A stretch of 64,000 bases of DNA from Octopus vulgaris. Taxonomy: Eukaryota. A program made the translations under genes and the position numbers. How positions within the stretch are numbered: the stretch's first letter is position 1; every line of letters begins with the position of its first letter. The stretch is from assembly GCA_951406725.2 (NCBI GenBank), contig OX597816.1, forward strand, positions 167,276,001 through 167,340,000, read 5' to 3'. The notes below the pieces were generated by a model. That model did no database searches. It was not told where the DNA came from and was given only the letters and a program-made list of their open reading frames with translations. This document shows positions 1 through 14,235 of this stretch, in pieces.

Positions 1-128
1 TAAGGTTTGGAGGAAGATTTTAATTCAATACTTATGAAAACAAGACATTTGTACTACAGAGCCAGAGGTAGTTTCTGCCAGGTTGGTATCAAAAGGGTTT
101 AGAATTGTTTTGCTATTATATATTTTAA

Positions 129-349
129 CCCTTTTGTTACCATATTTCTGTTGAGATGCTCTGTGATTCTTTCAATTACTTTAAATATAACAAAGAATTT
201 AGTAAAATAACTTAGTTATCATTAAGTTAGTGCTAGGAACATAAATTGTGACTAAGGTTTGGTGGAAGATTTTAATTCAAAACTTATGAAAACAAGACAT
301 TTGTACTACTGAACCAGAGCCGGTTTCAGTTGGGTTGGTATCAAAAGGG
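129..349. mobile_element. piggyBac-like MITE family A (TTAA-flanked), preceded by a partial second copy at 1-100
   Basis: TTAA|CCCTTTTG...CAAAAGGG|TTAA termini, about 220 bp and non-coding, with multiple copies in the window. Confidence 0.8.
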
Positions 350-704
350 TTAAGAGCAAGGATTGAATATTAAGTTTTTCTACCAGAGCAAGGGATGGAC
401 AAATCTGCATATATTAAAAGATTACACAGAAAAAAATAAAACACAGACACACACACACACAGAAAACTAAACAGAAGTAGGTCATAATTTCATTGTGCAA
501 TTCTGCCAAGGTTGACTTTGCATCTCATCCTTTCCGGGTGGATAAAAACCAGTACCAGTTAAACACTGGGGTCAATGTAATCAACTTACATTGGGAAGGG
601 TGGGTGTGAAGACTGGAATGAATGTCTATTTGCCAATTGGTTGTATGGGGTCTTTTCTTGATGCAGTCTAGGTTGACTGTATGAGGACTGTCTTGATAGC
701 TTAC

Positions 705-856
705 CTTGAGATTTCCTCTTTGAGTGTGCCTTTAATGTAGTAGGTTTTCTCAGGAATCACTACAGCCAATGAGAGTTGATGTCCAGTATGATTTTCAGCA
801 TCATAGACATCAACACATTTGTTCATATCAATTTCTCCTTGTGGCACTGTGTCCGG
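705..856 (-). CDS. MPRIP: MPRIP/outspread-like gene, coding exon (equivalent to exon 4), PH domain; 152 nt, phase 0-2
   Basis: A long polypyrimidine tract precedes AG|CCGGACACAGTG...ATCTCAAG|GTaagc. It translates as PDTVPQGEIDMNKCVDVYDAENHTGHQLSLAVVIPEKTYYIKGTLKEEIS (human MPRIP, recalled: PTTLPQGTINMNQCTDVVDGEGRTGQKFSLCILTPEKEHFIRAETKEIVS). Confidence 0.95.
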
Positions 857-1179
857 CTATTTTGAGGAAAAAAGAAAAAAAAAAAAAAACTTAATCATAA
901 ACATGTACAAAACATCTAACAATACAATAAATACAATATATAAATATAACAATACATAAATCAATTTAACATCCATTTTTCCATGCTGGCATGAATCAGA
1001 CAAATTTTGTTTGAGGTAGATTTTCTATGGCTGGATGCTCTTCCTGTCAAGAACCCTCGCCTGTTTCCCAGCAAGGTAATATTTCCCCACAACTGAACAA
1101 GTGATCCTGGAAGATTGGAAATGAATGACATTCGCCATTTGACAATGACACTCATTTACAACTATTGTGTGACAATAAG

Positions 1180-1225
<46 letters not shown>

Positions 1226-2153
1226 GCTTCTTCCAGTTTTTATCAGCTAAATCCACTCACAAGGCTTTGGTTAGCCCTGAGCAATTGCAGAAACACTTAT
1301 CTGATACGCTGTGCAGTGGGACTGAACCTGAAACCATGAGGTCGAGAAGTAAACTTCTTTACCATCCAGCCATGCTCCTTTAAATTGCTATAGTTCAATT
1401 CTGAGGGTAGATGAGTGGGTTTGATAGACGGAAACTGAAAGAAGCCCATCATGTGTGTGTTTTGACAGCAAGTGGTAGTTGTAAATGAATGTTAATGTTA
1501 TACAAGTCCTTTGTTTCCAATCACCCATGAAAAGATGTCTGGTCAATATTACTTTGCTTGGAAACATAAGGATTGGTGACAGGAAGAGTATCCAGCTGTA
1601 GAAAATTTGCCTCAGCAAATTCCTTTGGACCCATTCAAGCATGGAAAAGTCAACATTAAAACAGTAACAGTTATTCATTTGTTTGTGTATGTGTGTGAGT
1701 GGCATAAATATATATACATATACATACACAGGCTGAAACAGCTGTAAGATCCATTTTATATGTATTATTTTTATGGTATTATATTACTTATTGATGTATA
1801 TTGTTTTATTCTGTATTATTCTGTTGGATTTGGATGTTCCTATTTAATCTAAATAATTAGTTAATAAATTATATGAATTGGTATTATCTGGTAGTTGATG
1901 ATTGAAAGAAGTCTATTTCTCCATTTTCTTATTTTATACATATATATACTCTTTTACTTGTTTCAGTCATTTGACTGCAGCCATGTTGGAGCACCGCCTT
2001 TAGTCGAGCAAATCAACTCCAGGACTTATTCTTTGTAAGCCTAGTACCTATTCTATTGGTCTATTTTGCCAAACCTCTAAGTTACGGGGACGTAAACAAA
2101 TCACCATCAGTTGTCAAGTGATGTTGGGGGGACAAACAGACACACAAATATAG

Positions 2154-2200
<47 letters not shown>

Positions 2201-2527
2201 TATATATAAATATACACACATACATACATACATATATATGACAGGCTTCTTTCAGTTTCTGTCTACCAAATCCACTCACAAGGCTTTGATCGGCCTGACG
2301 GTATAGTAGAAGACACTTGCCCAAGGTGCCATGGAGTGGGACGGTTTTCAAAGAACTCTGATCATGAATAAATCGTGCTTTATCTCCTGTCTTCCTCATA
2401 TTCAAATTCGGTTTACGAATGAATGCCTCTGATCACGAATAAACCATGCTTTATATATATCTATATATATATAAAGCATGCTTTATTTGCAATCAGGGTT
2501 GTTCAAAAACTAAGGTACTATTGTGTT

Positions 2528-2615
<88 letters not shown>

Positions 2616-2654
2616 AATATATACCCACTCGTATACGAGCTAATCTTATTATAA

Positions 2655-2701
<47 letters not shown>

Positions 2702-3413
2702 TGTATCACATTCAATCTGCAGTCAACTCTGATTTGGGTTTTAATCTGATAGCAATAGACAGAAAAATATGCTAATGTATTCCAAAATGTTGCCATGTAC
2801 AGGGATAGGGGTGGTGGAGAGAGAGGAGAGAGAGAGAGAGAGAGAGTGAATGAGATGGGGAGGGAGAGAAGAAAGGACAGAAAGGGAGAGAGGAGGGAAA
2901 CAGAGAGAGGGACAAAGAGGAGAGAGAGAGGTTGATTGACAAGTAGCAAGTAATGGCCAGAGTAGAATACATTACAAAAATAAATAAATAAGTAACTTTA
3001 AGAAAACAAAGCATATGTTTTGGATTAGAGCCAAGTCCCAAAGGTAATAAAACGATAGAAATAAGTAAACTACATATTATTTACAATTTTGTAAACTAAT
3101 CAATAAGACCTTTTTTTTTTAACTCCCGACCCCAACAAGCAATGGCAAGACATTCCTACCTCCCAACATTCTGAACTTTATATTAAATATCTTACAAGAT
3201 GCCTGGTATTAGAGTTGATATCTTCTCATATAGGAACAATTATTCTTCAAACCAAGATTTAATATAACCAGGACTTTTTTTTTTTTTTTAATTCATTCCA
3301 ATCTGAAAATATCTGCAGATGGAACTAATGTGTTTATGCCTGTCGATCCTTTTGGTGAATGGGAACCCAAAGAGCCCTATGTGTGATTTCAGTTTGTGTA
3401 GTCTATTATGGTT

Positions 3414-4288
3414 CAGTGGTTCTCAGCTGGGGTCCAGTGTGACCCTTTGGGGGGTCCATATCAGATTTTATTAAGTGTTTTGCAAATAATTTTACATGCA
3501 AGTGCTACCAGTCAAGACCTCAGTATACTGGAAGCCAGCAAGTGTATGGGGTCATCAGGAGAGAATGCGTGCTGTTTCGGGGGCCTACCTCTCAACAGGA
3601 TCAATGCACACCAGCCCCCCTCATTGATATGAGGCCCCGCTTGCTAGATCAACTGGTTGTCAAATAAAGCTCAATATTCTTCTAGCCATCGCTCATCATT
3701 TCTTTTTAATCAAATCTAGTGGCTAGCTTTTTCCACTGTAGTTTGGATATCAGTCATGGTGGTATTTACTTTACGATGAGTTAGGCTTAACGATAACAAC
3801 AATTGTCTCACACTGTGTCCAAGAAACCCTCTACATCCGACTTTGATTGGAAAATGCTCCAATTTCCAACCTGCCTCTTCACATTCCTCAAGGAGGTTTA
3901 CATAACAGTCAGTCAGTCTTTTGAGCCTGTGTGGCGTCCATGTTATCTTCATGAGGAACTGTTAACTCGGCTAGATTCACAGCTTTCTTTCTTTCACACC
4001 ACATTAAAATGTCCAGTTTTTTCATAACTGGGATGGGAAAGAGTTCCTGGCACCTTGGTAAATCTGCAGTCACCTCCCAATAGCCGTTCCACTTTTCGTC
4101 ACTCACAAGAGCAATAAATTAGTTACACTTCTACAACATGCAAAACATTTTAATGCTTTCATACAATCCCTAAAAATACTTAATTGCAAAAATTGGATTT
4201 TTTAAACAATCAAATGACTATAGGGGTACAGAAGAGGAAAATAGGGACCAAAGAGACTCCTAGGCAAAAAATGGCTGACAACAACTGT
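3414..4288. mobile_element. hAT (Charlie-like) MITE interrupted by a HERO-like LINE fragment
   Basis: CAGTGGTTCTCA... left end and a degenerate ...ACAACTG right end. The two halves resemble the uninterrupted copy at 46810-47056. Confidence 0.55.
3500..4105 (-). mobile_element. HERO-clade non-LTR retrotransposon remnant (restriction-like endonuclease domain and 3' end)
   Basis: Frameshifted translation W-x3-ADL...LDILMW...AELTVPHED...Y.NL..EC..AGW...FPIKVGCRGF, the PD..E(L)TVP..K / VEVGCRGF RLE signature. Confidence 0.8.
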
Positions 4289-4666
4289 TGTAGATAATAG
4301 AAAGAAAGGTGGATGGCAAGAAAATTCACCACAGTCATCATACAGTATTTATAATATTTGTAATATTTTATATTTCCAGACTTAAAAGAGATTTACTTTT
4401 TATATACATTTTTGACCGCCTTGCTTGCCTGCAAAGGATGTTTCCTTTTTTTTTTTTTGCCTTTATAATTACTGACCTATTTATTTTTTATTTTCTGACT
4501 GCCTACCAACTTGCCCAAATCAGCCAAGCTGCCAAAGGGCTTAATCCGATTTTTTATGCAATTTCTGATAAAAAAAAAAAAAAAGCTTTGTAATCTTTAC
4601 TTGTTATAATCAATAAAAAATATTCGATGTAAACTGGATTAATAAATTTATTTATTTACTATTTAA

Positions 4667-4886
4667 CCCTTTCATTACTAACCTGGCTGAAACTGGCTCT
4701 GTCTCTGAGTACAAATGTCTTGTTTTCATAAGTTTTGAAGTAAAATCTTCCACCAAACCTTAGTCACAATTTATGTTCCTAACACTAGCTGAATGATAAC
4801 TAAGTTATTTTACTAAATTATTTGTTATATTTAAAGTAATTGAAAGAAACACAGAGCATTTCAAAAGAAATACAGTAACGAAAGGG
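4667..4886. mobile_element. piggyBac-like MITE family A, inverted relative to 129-349
   Basis: TTAA|CCCTTTC...GAAAGGG|TTAA; the body is the reverse complement of 129-349. Confidence 0.8.
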
Positions 4887-7878
4887 TTAAAGTCTATATT
4901 TTGTGCTGGCTTTGGTTGAACAGTTTGACAGAATTCAAAGAGCCAGAGGGCTGCATCAGGCTCCAATATCTGCCTTGCCATGGTTTCTATGGCTGCATGC
5001 CCTGCCTATTGCCAACCACTTTAGAGAGTATAGTGAGTGCCTTTTATGTAGAGCCAGCACAGGTGCTTTCTATGTGGCACCAACACAGGTGCCTTTTACG
5101 TAGCGCTTGTACTCAAACATACAAAGAATTCTAATAGTTATCTACCACTGGTAGGTTAACCATGACACAGAACTGAGGGGATTATAGAAAACAATATGTC
5201 AGTAGCAGCTACAAGTCAAAACATTTCATCCACTCAGTTAACGAACTTCAAATTTGCATTGAAAATGTATGAAATAAACACTTCTATATCAATTATAGGT
5301 GCTGGCATGACTGCGTGGTTAAGTCTGCTTCACAACTAGATGGTGTATGGCATCTTGACATCACCTGGAAGCTGTAAACAAGTATTACCTATTTCTTTAC
5401 TACCCACAAGGGGCTAAACACAGAGAGGACAAACAAGGACAGACAAACGGATTAAGTTGATTATATTGACCCCAGTGCATAACTGGTACTTATTTAATCG
5501 ACCCCGAAAGGATGAAAGGCAAAGTCAACCTTGGCAGAATTTGAACTCAGAACATAACGGCAGATGAAATACGGCTACGCAATTCGTCCGGCGTGCTAAC
5601 GTTTCTGCCAGCTCGCCGCCTAATGAGGAAATATCACCTTGATTGAAAACAAAGGGTTGGTAACAGGAAGGGCATCCAACTGAAGAAAATCTGCCTTAAT
5701 GAATTCTGTGTGACCCACAAGAGAAGCATGGAAAACTGGATGTTAAACTGATAACCACAACAATGATGGCTTCAATATCATTCATATGGATTAACAAAGC
5801 TCATGTGATACCTTCAGACAGGTATTACTTTAATAGGGATTATCCAGCAGCCAACTACAGAATCTAAGAATTACATATACGAATCCAGCACCAATATGTA
5901 CCAAAGTTTCAAAATGTGCAATGCACACACGCACACACACACTGGCTGTGAATCATTTTCACAAGATAGCTATCTTTACATATTTTTCCACGTAACACAT
6001 GAGTTTACGAAACTGTACCATTGTCCCTGTATTAGGTTTGAACCTAAGAAGAGCCGTTATACATGTCTGCCAGTTTACCTCATTAAAAATGGGTAACATT
6101 CTTATTTCACAGTTAAGTGTAGGAGGTAGGAAAGGCAGTCAGTTGTGAAATAATGTGCTCTGATATCAGGTAAATGTTTTCAAAAACTCATTCTACTGAA
6201 ACTGGTATGTGAAACTAAACACAAAACACACACACACACCTTCCATTTGTTTCAGTCACAAGACTGCAACCATGCTGGGGCACCTTCTAGAAGAATCTTT
6301 GTCAAACAAATATGCCCCAGTACCATTTATTTTATAGCCTGGTACTTATTTTATTGCTGAACTTTTAAGTTATGGGGACATAAATACACCAACATTATTT
6401 AAGCAGTGTTGGGAGACAGACACAAAGACACACACACAGTGAGGGATTATCAGTCTGGGTAAAATACTATATAAGTTCTTTGTTAATAGACCAGGCTAGC
6501 AATATTGTTTAGATTAGTAAAGCACTCTGTGTAGTCTTGTGGCAGGGTCTGAGGTCATAGTTCAACATCATTCCATATTCCAAATCCATGGTTATGCTCC
6601 AGTTATGCTGGTTTTTACAGATATATAAGACAATGTATAAATAATAGTCATTATAGATTTTTCCTTTATTAGAGTAAATTTGACTCACAGCTGGTTTTTA
6701 TAATCACCATTATTTGTAGCTTGTCTTTTATATTTCTACTAGACTACCCATGACCTGTTGGGTCACTGACAATTCAGGTTATAAAACATTGAAGCTGATT
6801 TCAATATTGCATTGAAATGAAAGTTAATTTTATGATTCAGTTTTTATTTCAATTCGTTCATGTCATCATAGGTCAGATTTACAAGTTCATGTTTATGGTT
6901 TTATTGATTATTTACAGCATCTAATAGAAATAGAACTTGCAGGATAAACTTGAACTCCAATAACAACATTTATTTATGGTACATTTGCACACTTCTACAA
7001 AAATGCAAAAGGAATTGTTATACAATGTAAACATAGAATTAACGGAAACAATTTTCAGAGTATTATATATTTCCATTATGCAATGTTTTGGCTATTTATG
7101 AAGAAGGTACCCCGAAAACACCGCATATCTCAGGAATCCATGGTCCGATTTATGCAGAACTTGTTTTATTCCATTTGTATTCACATTTCAGGGGTACCTT
7201 ACTTTAAGAGTATTTTCCTATTATGCACTGGTTTGGCTGTATTAAATTACAGACAAACATGCATGCAAGCAAGCAATTACAGAGTTTTAGTATTATATAC
7301 ATACATACATACACATATATATATATATATATATATATTGTAGGAAAACAGAAAATGTTTCTAGTATTATTTATTTTCCATTACCTGTGCTTCATTTTCT
7401 AACAGGGGTCACAAAAATATACATGTTGTATAGACATGTAAAAGCTTGCTTATTAGAGAAATTGTCAAACAGAACAATTTATAATGAAATACATGTAAAA
7501 GAGAATAATTGATACCAAAAAAATTCCATTTTCCTATTTTATTTATTCAACAATTCTGCAAATAACATTTCCACAATCTTCAAATTTAATGTGCATTTTG
7601 ATTTACATGCGGCAGCAACCATAGGTACTTATTGATTGTAATAATGGTATAAGCAGATGCACTTCAAGAGGAAACAGCTGCGATTTACCCTAAACATCTG
7701 TATCATATATATATAGTTGAAATTTACTGAAAAATAAAAGACGAAGACTGGTGTTTAAACAAGCAGGTATATTAGTTTGACACTTGGGAAGGTGAGAAAG
7801 TTTCGAGCCTACGATCTTCAACAGAAAGGAACATGAGGAAATAAACAGAGTGTAGGTATGTATGTATGTATGTATGTA

Positions 7879-7987
<109 letters not shown>

Positions 7988-8147
7988 TCATCATCATTTA
8001 GCGTCCGTTTTCCATGCTAGCATGGGTTGGACGGTTCAACTGGGGTCTGTGAAGCTGGAAGGCTTCATCAGGCCCAGTCAGATCTGGCAGTGTTTCTACG
8101 GCTGGATGCCCTTCCTAACGCCAACCACTCCGTGAGTGTAGTGGGTG

Positions 8148-8199
<52 letters not shown>

Positions 8200-8492
8200 T
8201 AGAGAGAGAGAGAGAGAGAGAGAGAAAGAGGCTTCTTTTAGCTTCTATCTACCAAATCCACTTACAAGGCTTTGGTCAGCCTTGGGCTATAGTAGAAGAC
8301 ATTTGTTCAAGGTGCCACACAGTGGGACTGAACCTGGAATCATGTGGAGGCAGAGTCAGACAAAGGCTAGCAAGCCAAAACTTCAAAGTCAGTCACACCT
8401 CTTGTAATAGCTTAATATGCATATCTTCTACTAAAAAGTATTCTGTAGTTCACTCTTAAACTATTTTTATATGTAACTTGACATAAAAACAA

Positions 8493-8539
<47 letters not shown>

Positions 8540-10257
8540 TGCACAGTTTGCCTTCTCAGGTGCTGCCTACTGTGTATTATCAGTTATGATCTTTATACCA
8601 CATCAGCAACAAGAATATGCATGAGCTTTCATTACAGGTTTTAGCCTCATAAAAGTTACATAACTCAGAGCTTCTTGTTGTCTCTTGTAATAAAACAGTG
8701 TGAGCTTAATTTGACAAGAACAACAAACAGACAGACAGACAGGTTGCAAGTTTAGTGAAGGACATCAAGATTGAATTATTGACCAAAGAGAACGACATTT
8801 ATAACCTTTCACTGAAAACATTGTTGATCGTTAAACTAGGTTCGGAGCAGCACAACATTTAGCTGAACAATCGAAAACAACTGTCATCAATGAATAAATA
8901 AGGTGAACGTAAAATGAAAAAAAAAAATAAAACAAAATCCATATAGACATTCCCACTGAGAATATAAATAAACATTTTCTTTGGTGAACTAACAACTCAA
9001 TTTTCATAAATTACCATGTAAACTTCGATATCATGCTACAACGTAAAAATAGTTTTGATGACAATAATTGATGAAAAGAAAAAAAAATAATAACCCCCCC
9101 GCCCCAACAAACAAACTGTCTCTTCTATTTTGTTGAGTTATTTTTCTGCTGCTCATGTCTCTAGGCTATAAGTTAGCAGATTATATGGCACTTGCCCAAC
9201 TATTTTTAATGCTTTATACAGAGTTTGAAGAATGTCACAGCAGCACTCTGTGTTTTAAAAATAAGACTGCATCAAAGGAAGGAGACCAACTACTTTCTAT
9301 GAAGAGAAAAGCAAGGAGCAAGTTGGGAGGTATTAGGATCTCTTTAACTTCCAGTAGACCTCAATGGTTTTCACACTATAAATATAAATTTTTCTGTAAT
9401 TGACCTATGTTTTACTTTGTTTTTGGTGTACACCCTTGCCTCAATCCAGGTTTTGGATCTGGCCTGGATATTAAAAAGGTTGAGAACCATTATTTTAGGG
9501 TCTGTTTAAGTTGAGAGGTCTTAGAGTCTGTTTAAGTTTCTGTAGAATCAAATTAAATTGGCATTATTGATAAGGCCTTCAGCCTTTAGAATGAAATATT
9601 TTTGTTCTTTTCAAGTTAAAGCTCAAATTTTTGAAACCCTCCACCAGATGTAGAGGCAGTGAAAAATAAAACCCTTAATCACTAAGAAAGCAGCAGTTTA
9701 TGAGGTATTATCAGAAACAAGGGAGCTAACTACCAAAGTGACAATCTCTCTAGTAAAGAAAGAGGAAGAAACAGAGTATCACAAAATTCCATTTGTTAAC
9801 ATGGATTTTATTGTTCAGTACAATCAACATAAAAGTGTGTATAGTGATATTAATAATGTATAATACATGGTATAAAGTGTGTATGTGTGTATAATGGATG
9901 ACATGGGTTGAACAATTCAACAGGATCTGATAGGCCGTATAACTGCAGCATTGTTCTCCAGTGTTGGCCTTGGCATGATTTCTAGGGTTAGATGCCTTTA
10001 CTAACATCAACCAGTTTGTAGAATGTGCTGAGTGCTTTTTCCATGGGAATAGAGAGATCACCAACTAGAGAGACAAGATCCCTACACTGAAAGGTGGGAG
10101 GGCTTGTATTGAGGGAGGTGGCTTTATGCAAGGTGATGTGAGGGTAAAGTGGGACAGAAACAGGTGTCTTACAAAAAGACACTCTTTTCTGCTCTAAACT
10201 AATACTCAGCTAAGATTTTCAGTGAAAATAGAAAATTCTAGAAAGAGTTTTATCAGA

Positions 10258-10628
10258 CACTAGCACTATGACCTGGCAACACCGGGTCATAGTGCTAGTG
10301 CATGCATATACAGCTGCGTGCGTGCGCACATACACACGAGTACTGTCCAAATCTCCGACCAATGACACACAGCTAGTTGGCATTTAATTGGCGTATCAAG
10401 TTTCGGGCATTTTGATTGGGTTTTGGATAGAAAATTCACAAAAAAGTCACTTCTATTGATTTTTTAATGGCTTTGCGGGGTGACTGGGGAAATGTAAAGA
10501 TGTGCACCACCACCCTTGGACAGTTTTGAATGACCACAGAAAGTACGAGTCCTCTAACTGAAAAATTGTGGATTTGTATAAAGGACACACACACAGACAT
10601 TTTGCTGTTTTATATATATATAGAGATT
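10258..10628 (+). mobile_element. Non-autonomous Helitron/Helentron-like (DINE-1/HINE-type) element
   Basis: A 5' 16-bp perfect hairpin (CACTAGCACTATGACC...GGTCATAGTGCTAGTG), a subterminal (CA)n tract and a TTTTATATATATAGAGAT 3' end. Confidence 0.55.
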
Positions 10629-11399
10629 CATTTTTATTGGCAATAACACTGTTGTTTGACAATGACAACAATGGAGATACATGTGTGATTGTTAAAAATC
10701 TGAAGTTAAATCATAAAACACAAAAATCACAGTCGGTTTCCTGGCAGGAACAAGAGCGAAAGAGTATCATGTTTATTAGAAGCAGCAATGAAACCACTGT
10801 TTGTCCACAGAAGCACATTTGTGCTGTACAGGTGAGTGAGTTTAAACAGTCATTCATACTCACACTTACCGATTTCATTGACTGTTTTGAACATAAAAAT
10901 GTCAAATGTCACGATGAAGGAGAAATGTGTCTGAAAACATGGTAGGTGACAAATATGCTTCAAAAATTTATAAAGGCCAACATTTATGTCCGACTGTTAA
11001 CAACAGGGCTGTGAAAGAGTGAACTGTGTATAAAAGCGCTTATCAATATTATTATTATTATTAGAGCTGATCTGATTCATATGTAATATTAAAAGAACAG
11101 GAAATGAAATATATTAAGAAGTTCAGGTTAACTAAGCATAAACCAGGTCAGCCAACCAAGTGACAATCCAACTCATGAACATATAATGCAATGCATAACC
11201 CTCCCCCTTCCTAGACCACATGAGAAGTCAGCTGACTTGTCGAAATCCCACACATTCTATGCTAAAGTATCCCTGACAGCACCTACTTCATTCTTGACCT
11301 TTGAAAAACAATTAGACCAGTGACTGAGATCATCTCTTAATAAGCATGACTGCCTACATTCCACACCCAACGCAAGCTCCAGTGACCCCAAGCTGTTCA

Positions 11400-12390
11400 T
11401 CTATAACTGCACTGCAGCAGTCCAGGAATAACTCAAAGCTTATAATGTTTGTAGAGAATGTCTGCTTACAAACTGGATTGTTTTTATCAAAAGGATGCTT
11501 CTGTACATCAAACAGACCTTGAAGCATCCCCATCTCCAAAACTACAGCCAAATGTTTTGGTCCTTTGCTAAAGAGATTTCCACTGACTGGAATTCTCTTT
11601 TCTTCTACTTCTCAAACATGATAGTTCTGCGAGGCATTCACTGTCCACTTTACATCTATCGTCACCACACTGTACACACTGGGTAAATATCTTACAAAAC
11701 CATCTCCTTCCACTCAACCAGGACTGATGATGATGATGTACACCTATATGCCCAATATGAAAATAACTGCTTCCTTTGAGCCAATAAGGCTAATTATGTT
11801 TCTGTTACATTTAAATGATGTACCCCAAACCTAGTCTCTACTCAAACTCTTCTATCATTCTATCTCTCTCTAGAGGCATATATCCTGATCTTCGGAAGCA
11901 TGTTAGTGTGACCCATTGTCAAGAAGGGCAACCCTTCTGACCATACCAATTGTTGTCCAGTCACACTCACCTTGAATGTCATCAAAAATACTGGAAACAG
12001 CTGTTAAGACTATTCTCCAACTCTTTCAATCTCTTTCTTCATCCTTAATGACCACCAGAACAGCTTTCATAAAGCTAGATCAACAGAAGACCTATTGTTG
12101 TAGGTCACCCACAGGTAGGCTCTCACCTACGGAAACTTTGGTAAAGGTAACATCACTGCCTTTTGACATCAGCAAAACTTTCAATCATATGTTATGGATT
12201 AAACCTCATGAAAACAGCACATCTCTTGGTTCCATCTACCTCTCATGTCTTAGTGCAGTCTGATAGGAAATTTTCAGTCTATGCTGATTGGGCTCTGCCT
12301 GACCTGTACAATCAACAATTAAGGTTTCCGGAGTTTGGTTCCATCTCGTACCCTTCCTCTTTTATAACAATGACCTACTTGTTACAACCT
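11400..12390 (+). mobile_element. Degenerate jockey/L2/CR1-group LINE reverse transcriptase remnant
   Basis: Remnant motifs FWSFAKEIS, PIVKKG.PSD.TN..PV, SKILE, DHQ.SF.KARST.DL and FDISK.F correspond to RT domains 0-3 with many lesions. Confidence 0.7.
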
Positions 12391-12747
12391 CCTGTGTTGA
12401 TGGGGGTTCTGTCTGATACACACAACCAACAACTACGATCCTTAAGGTCAGCGCTGGTGAGGGTCCATTAGCCTTGTTGAGAACATGACAACCTTTTAAG
12501 AGCTGGTGGAGTTGATGCTATGAAAACTGTATCCAGTACACTGTGTAAAGTGTAAAGAGGTGTATTTCCAAGTAACTCATCATATGACTGGTAATAATCT
12601 AAAAATGATTTTAACTCAGAGTATTTGAACTAAATACAGATCAATAAATTTAGATGTTAAGATCTTTAGCAAGGTTTAGTCAGATAAAATATTGGGGGGG
12701 GGGGTGTACAGAAATCAGAAAATTTAGAAAAAAATTTAACTACTTAC

Positions 12748-12813
12748 ATTTTCATCCACAGAATATGTTAGCTCACCATCATCGTAAAGAACAAAAAACC
12801 TCCTCTGCCATCT
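12748..12813 (-). CDS. MPRIP: MPRIP/outspread-like gene, coding exon (equivalent to exon 3), PH domain; 66 nt, phase 0-0
   Basis: The minus strand reads tttgtttcttt-AG|AGATGGCAGAGG...GATGAAAAT|GTaagta. It translates as RWQRRFFVLYDDGELTYSVDEN (human MPRIP, recalled: KWQRRFFILYEHGLLRYALDEM), with the canonical PH-domain W-x-RR-FF motif. Confidence 0.95.
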
Positions 12814-13789
12814 CTAAAGAAACAAAAAATGACAAATATTAGCATCACCAATAATGGTTTAAAAAAAAAAAAAGGACATAATTAGTAAAAAGAGATTAAT
12901 ATCTTCCACCCTTTTAAGTACCAACCTACCAAAGACCACCCTTGGTTCTGGGATACGTATTTCTGGGATTAAAGTGATCTAAAAACCTTCCACCAAAAAT
13001 TACACAATTTTGAAAATGAAGAATTTGTTAAAGTAAATTGAAAGAGTATCACAGACAGAAATAAGATAATGAAAGGATTAAAACAGCTGAAAGAAATGAA
13101 AGGAGCAGCAATGAGAAGCCATAAAGTTTAATAAGAAGACCAAGTAAATAGTGGTGGTACAGAAAATACTTGGCTGGCATTTCAATTGCTTCCAATGTCT
13201 TTATATAGAATCGGCAAAGGGAAGAGTCTCAAAGGGGTTACTTGACCAGCTAGGAATAGCACATAAATCTCTCGGAAATCATACACTACTATCTTAAGAG
13301 GATGGGAGACAACATCAGATAATGTACTGGTAGATGATGTCCTGAAACAAAATGATAACAACAACAAAGAGTATAAATACACACATGCACTGGTTGTATT
13401 TCACTTCTTTTATTATATTATTTATATTTCACCAAGGTCAACTTCGCCTTTCATCATTTCGGGGTCAAAGAATCAGCTGTGCATTGTAATTGACTTAACC
13501 ACTCATCCTAAAATTGGTGGTCTTATCCCAAAATTTGAAAGTATCATTAATCAACTAGTTATCTAATTAACCAGTTAATTAATCAATGGTTTGATTAATC
13601 ATCCAATCAATCTAATTACTGTCCCCATTTAATCAGCACCCAAACAGCTGTGCCCAATTGTCTCATTCCAAAGTGGTTGAGCATAGGAAATTGAACTTTC
13701 ACTTTGAATGCTCACACACCATCTCTGCTTCACAAAATTAAGATTGTCCTAAGAAAAGTCTACAACTAGACAAATATTTACATTATTTA

Positions 13790-14235
13790 CAATAGACTGA
13801 TAGGTGTCCTCACCTTGTTTGTTGTTACCACAATGAATTGGCTGATGTATTCTCCAGCCTTCATCAGGTAGAATTTAAAATCCAACCCTTTGACTAAAGG
13901 AGTACGCTGTTCTCATGTTATTTTTTTTCTGTTGATATTATTTCCCAAGTCCCTGCCTGGGATTGTACTCTGAATCCGTGGGTTAGTAGCCTGCACTCTT
14001 ATCCACTATGCTATATGCTCATAGGCAATTCTAGAGTGGTTTTTGGGCTTATCATCCAATTATTTTTGTATCTTTCCTTAATACTGGTTCCTATATTACA
14101 CTCATATCTGCACTAGCTCTGCTTAGGAGGTTATTTTGTCCTAGCATATGAGCTGCTTCTTTTTAATTTTCATATTTTCCAGTGGTTTTGCTGTTTATCA
14201 TTTTAATCTCATCCCACAGGGCAAGGTGGTCTCTG
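13790..14235 (-). mobile_element. Penelope-like element remnant (GIY-YIG C-terminus and pseudo-LTR)
   Basis: Minus-strand translation HLALWDEIKMI...KEAAHMLGQNNLLSRAS, followed downstream by a CCTGATGAAGGCTG...CAGCC hammerhead-like motif typical of PLE termini. Confidence 0.65.

Noticed and set aside
10811-10831. Plus-strand 21-nt microexon-like unit (cacAG...CAG|GTGAGT)
   Set aside because: It is antisense to the host gene, has a weak pyrimidine tract and no partner exons, and is expected by chance in 64 kb.
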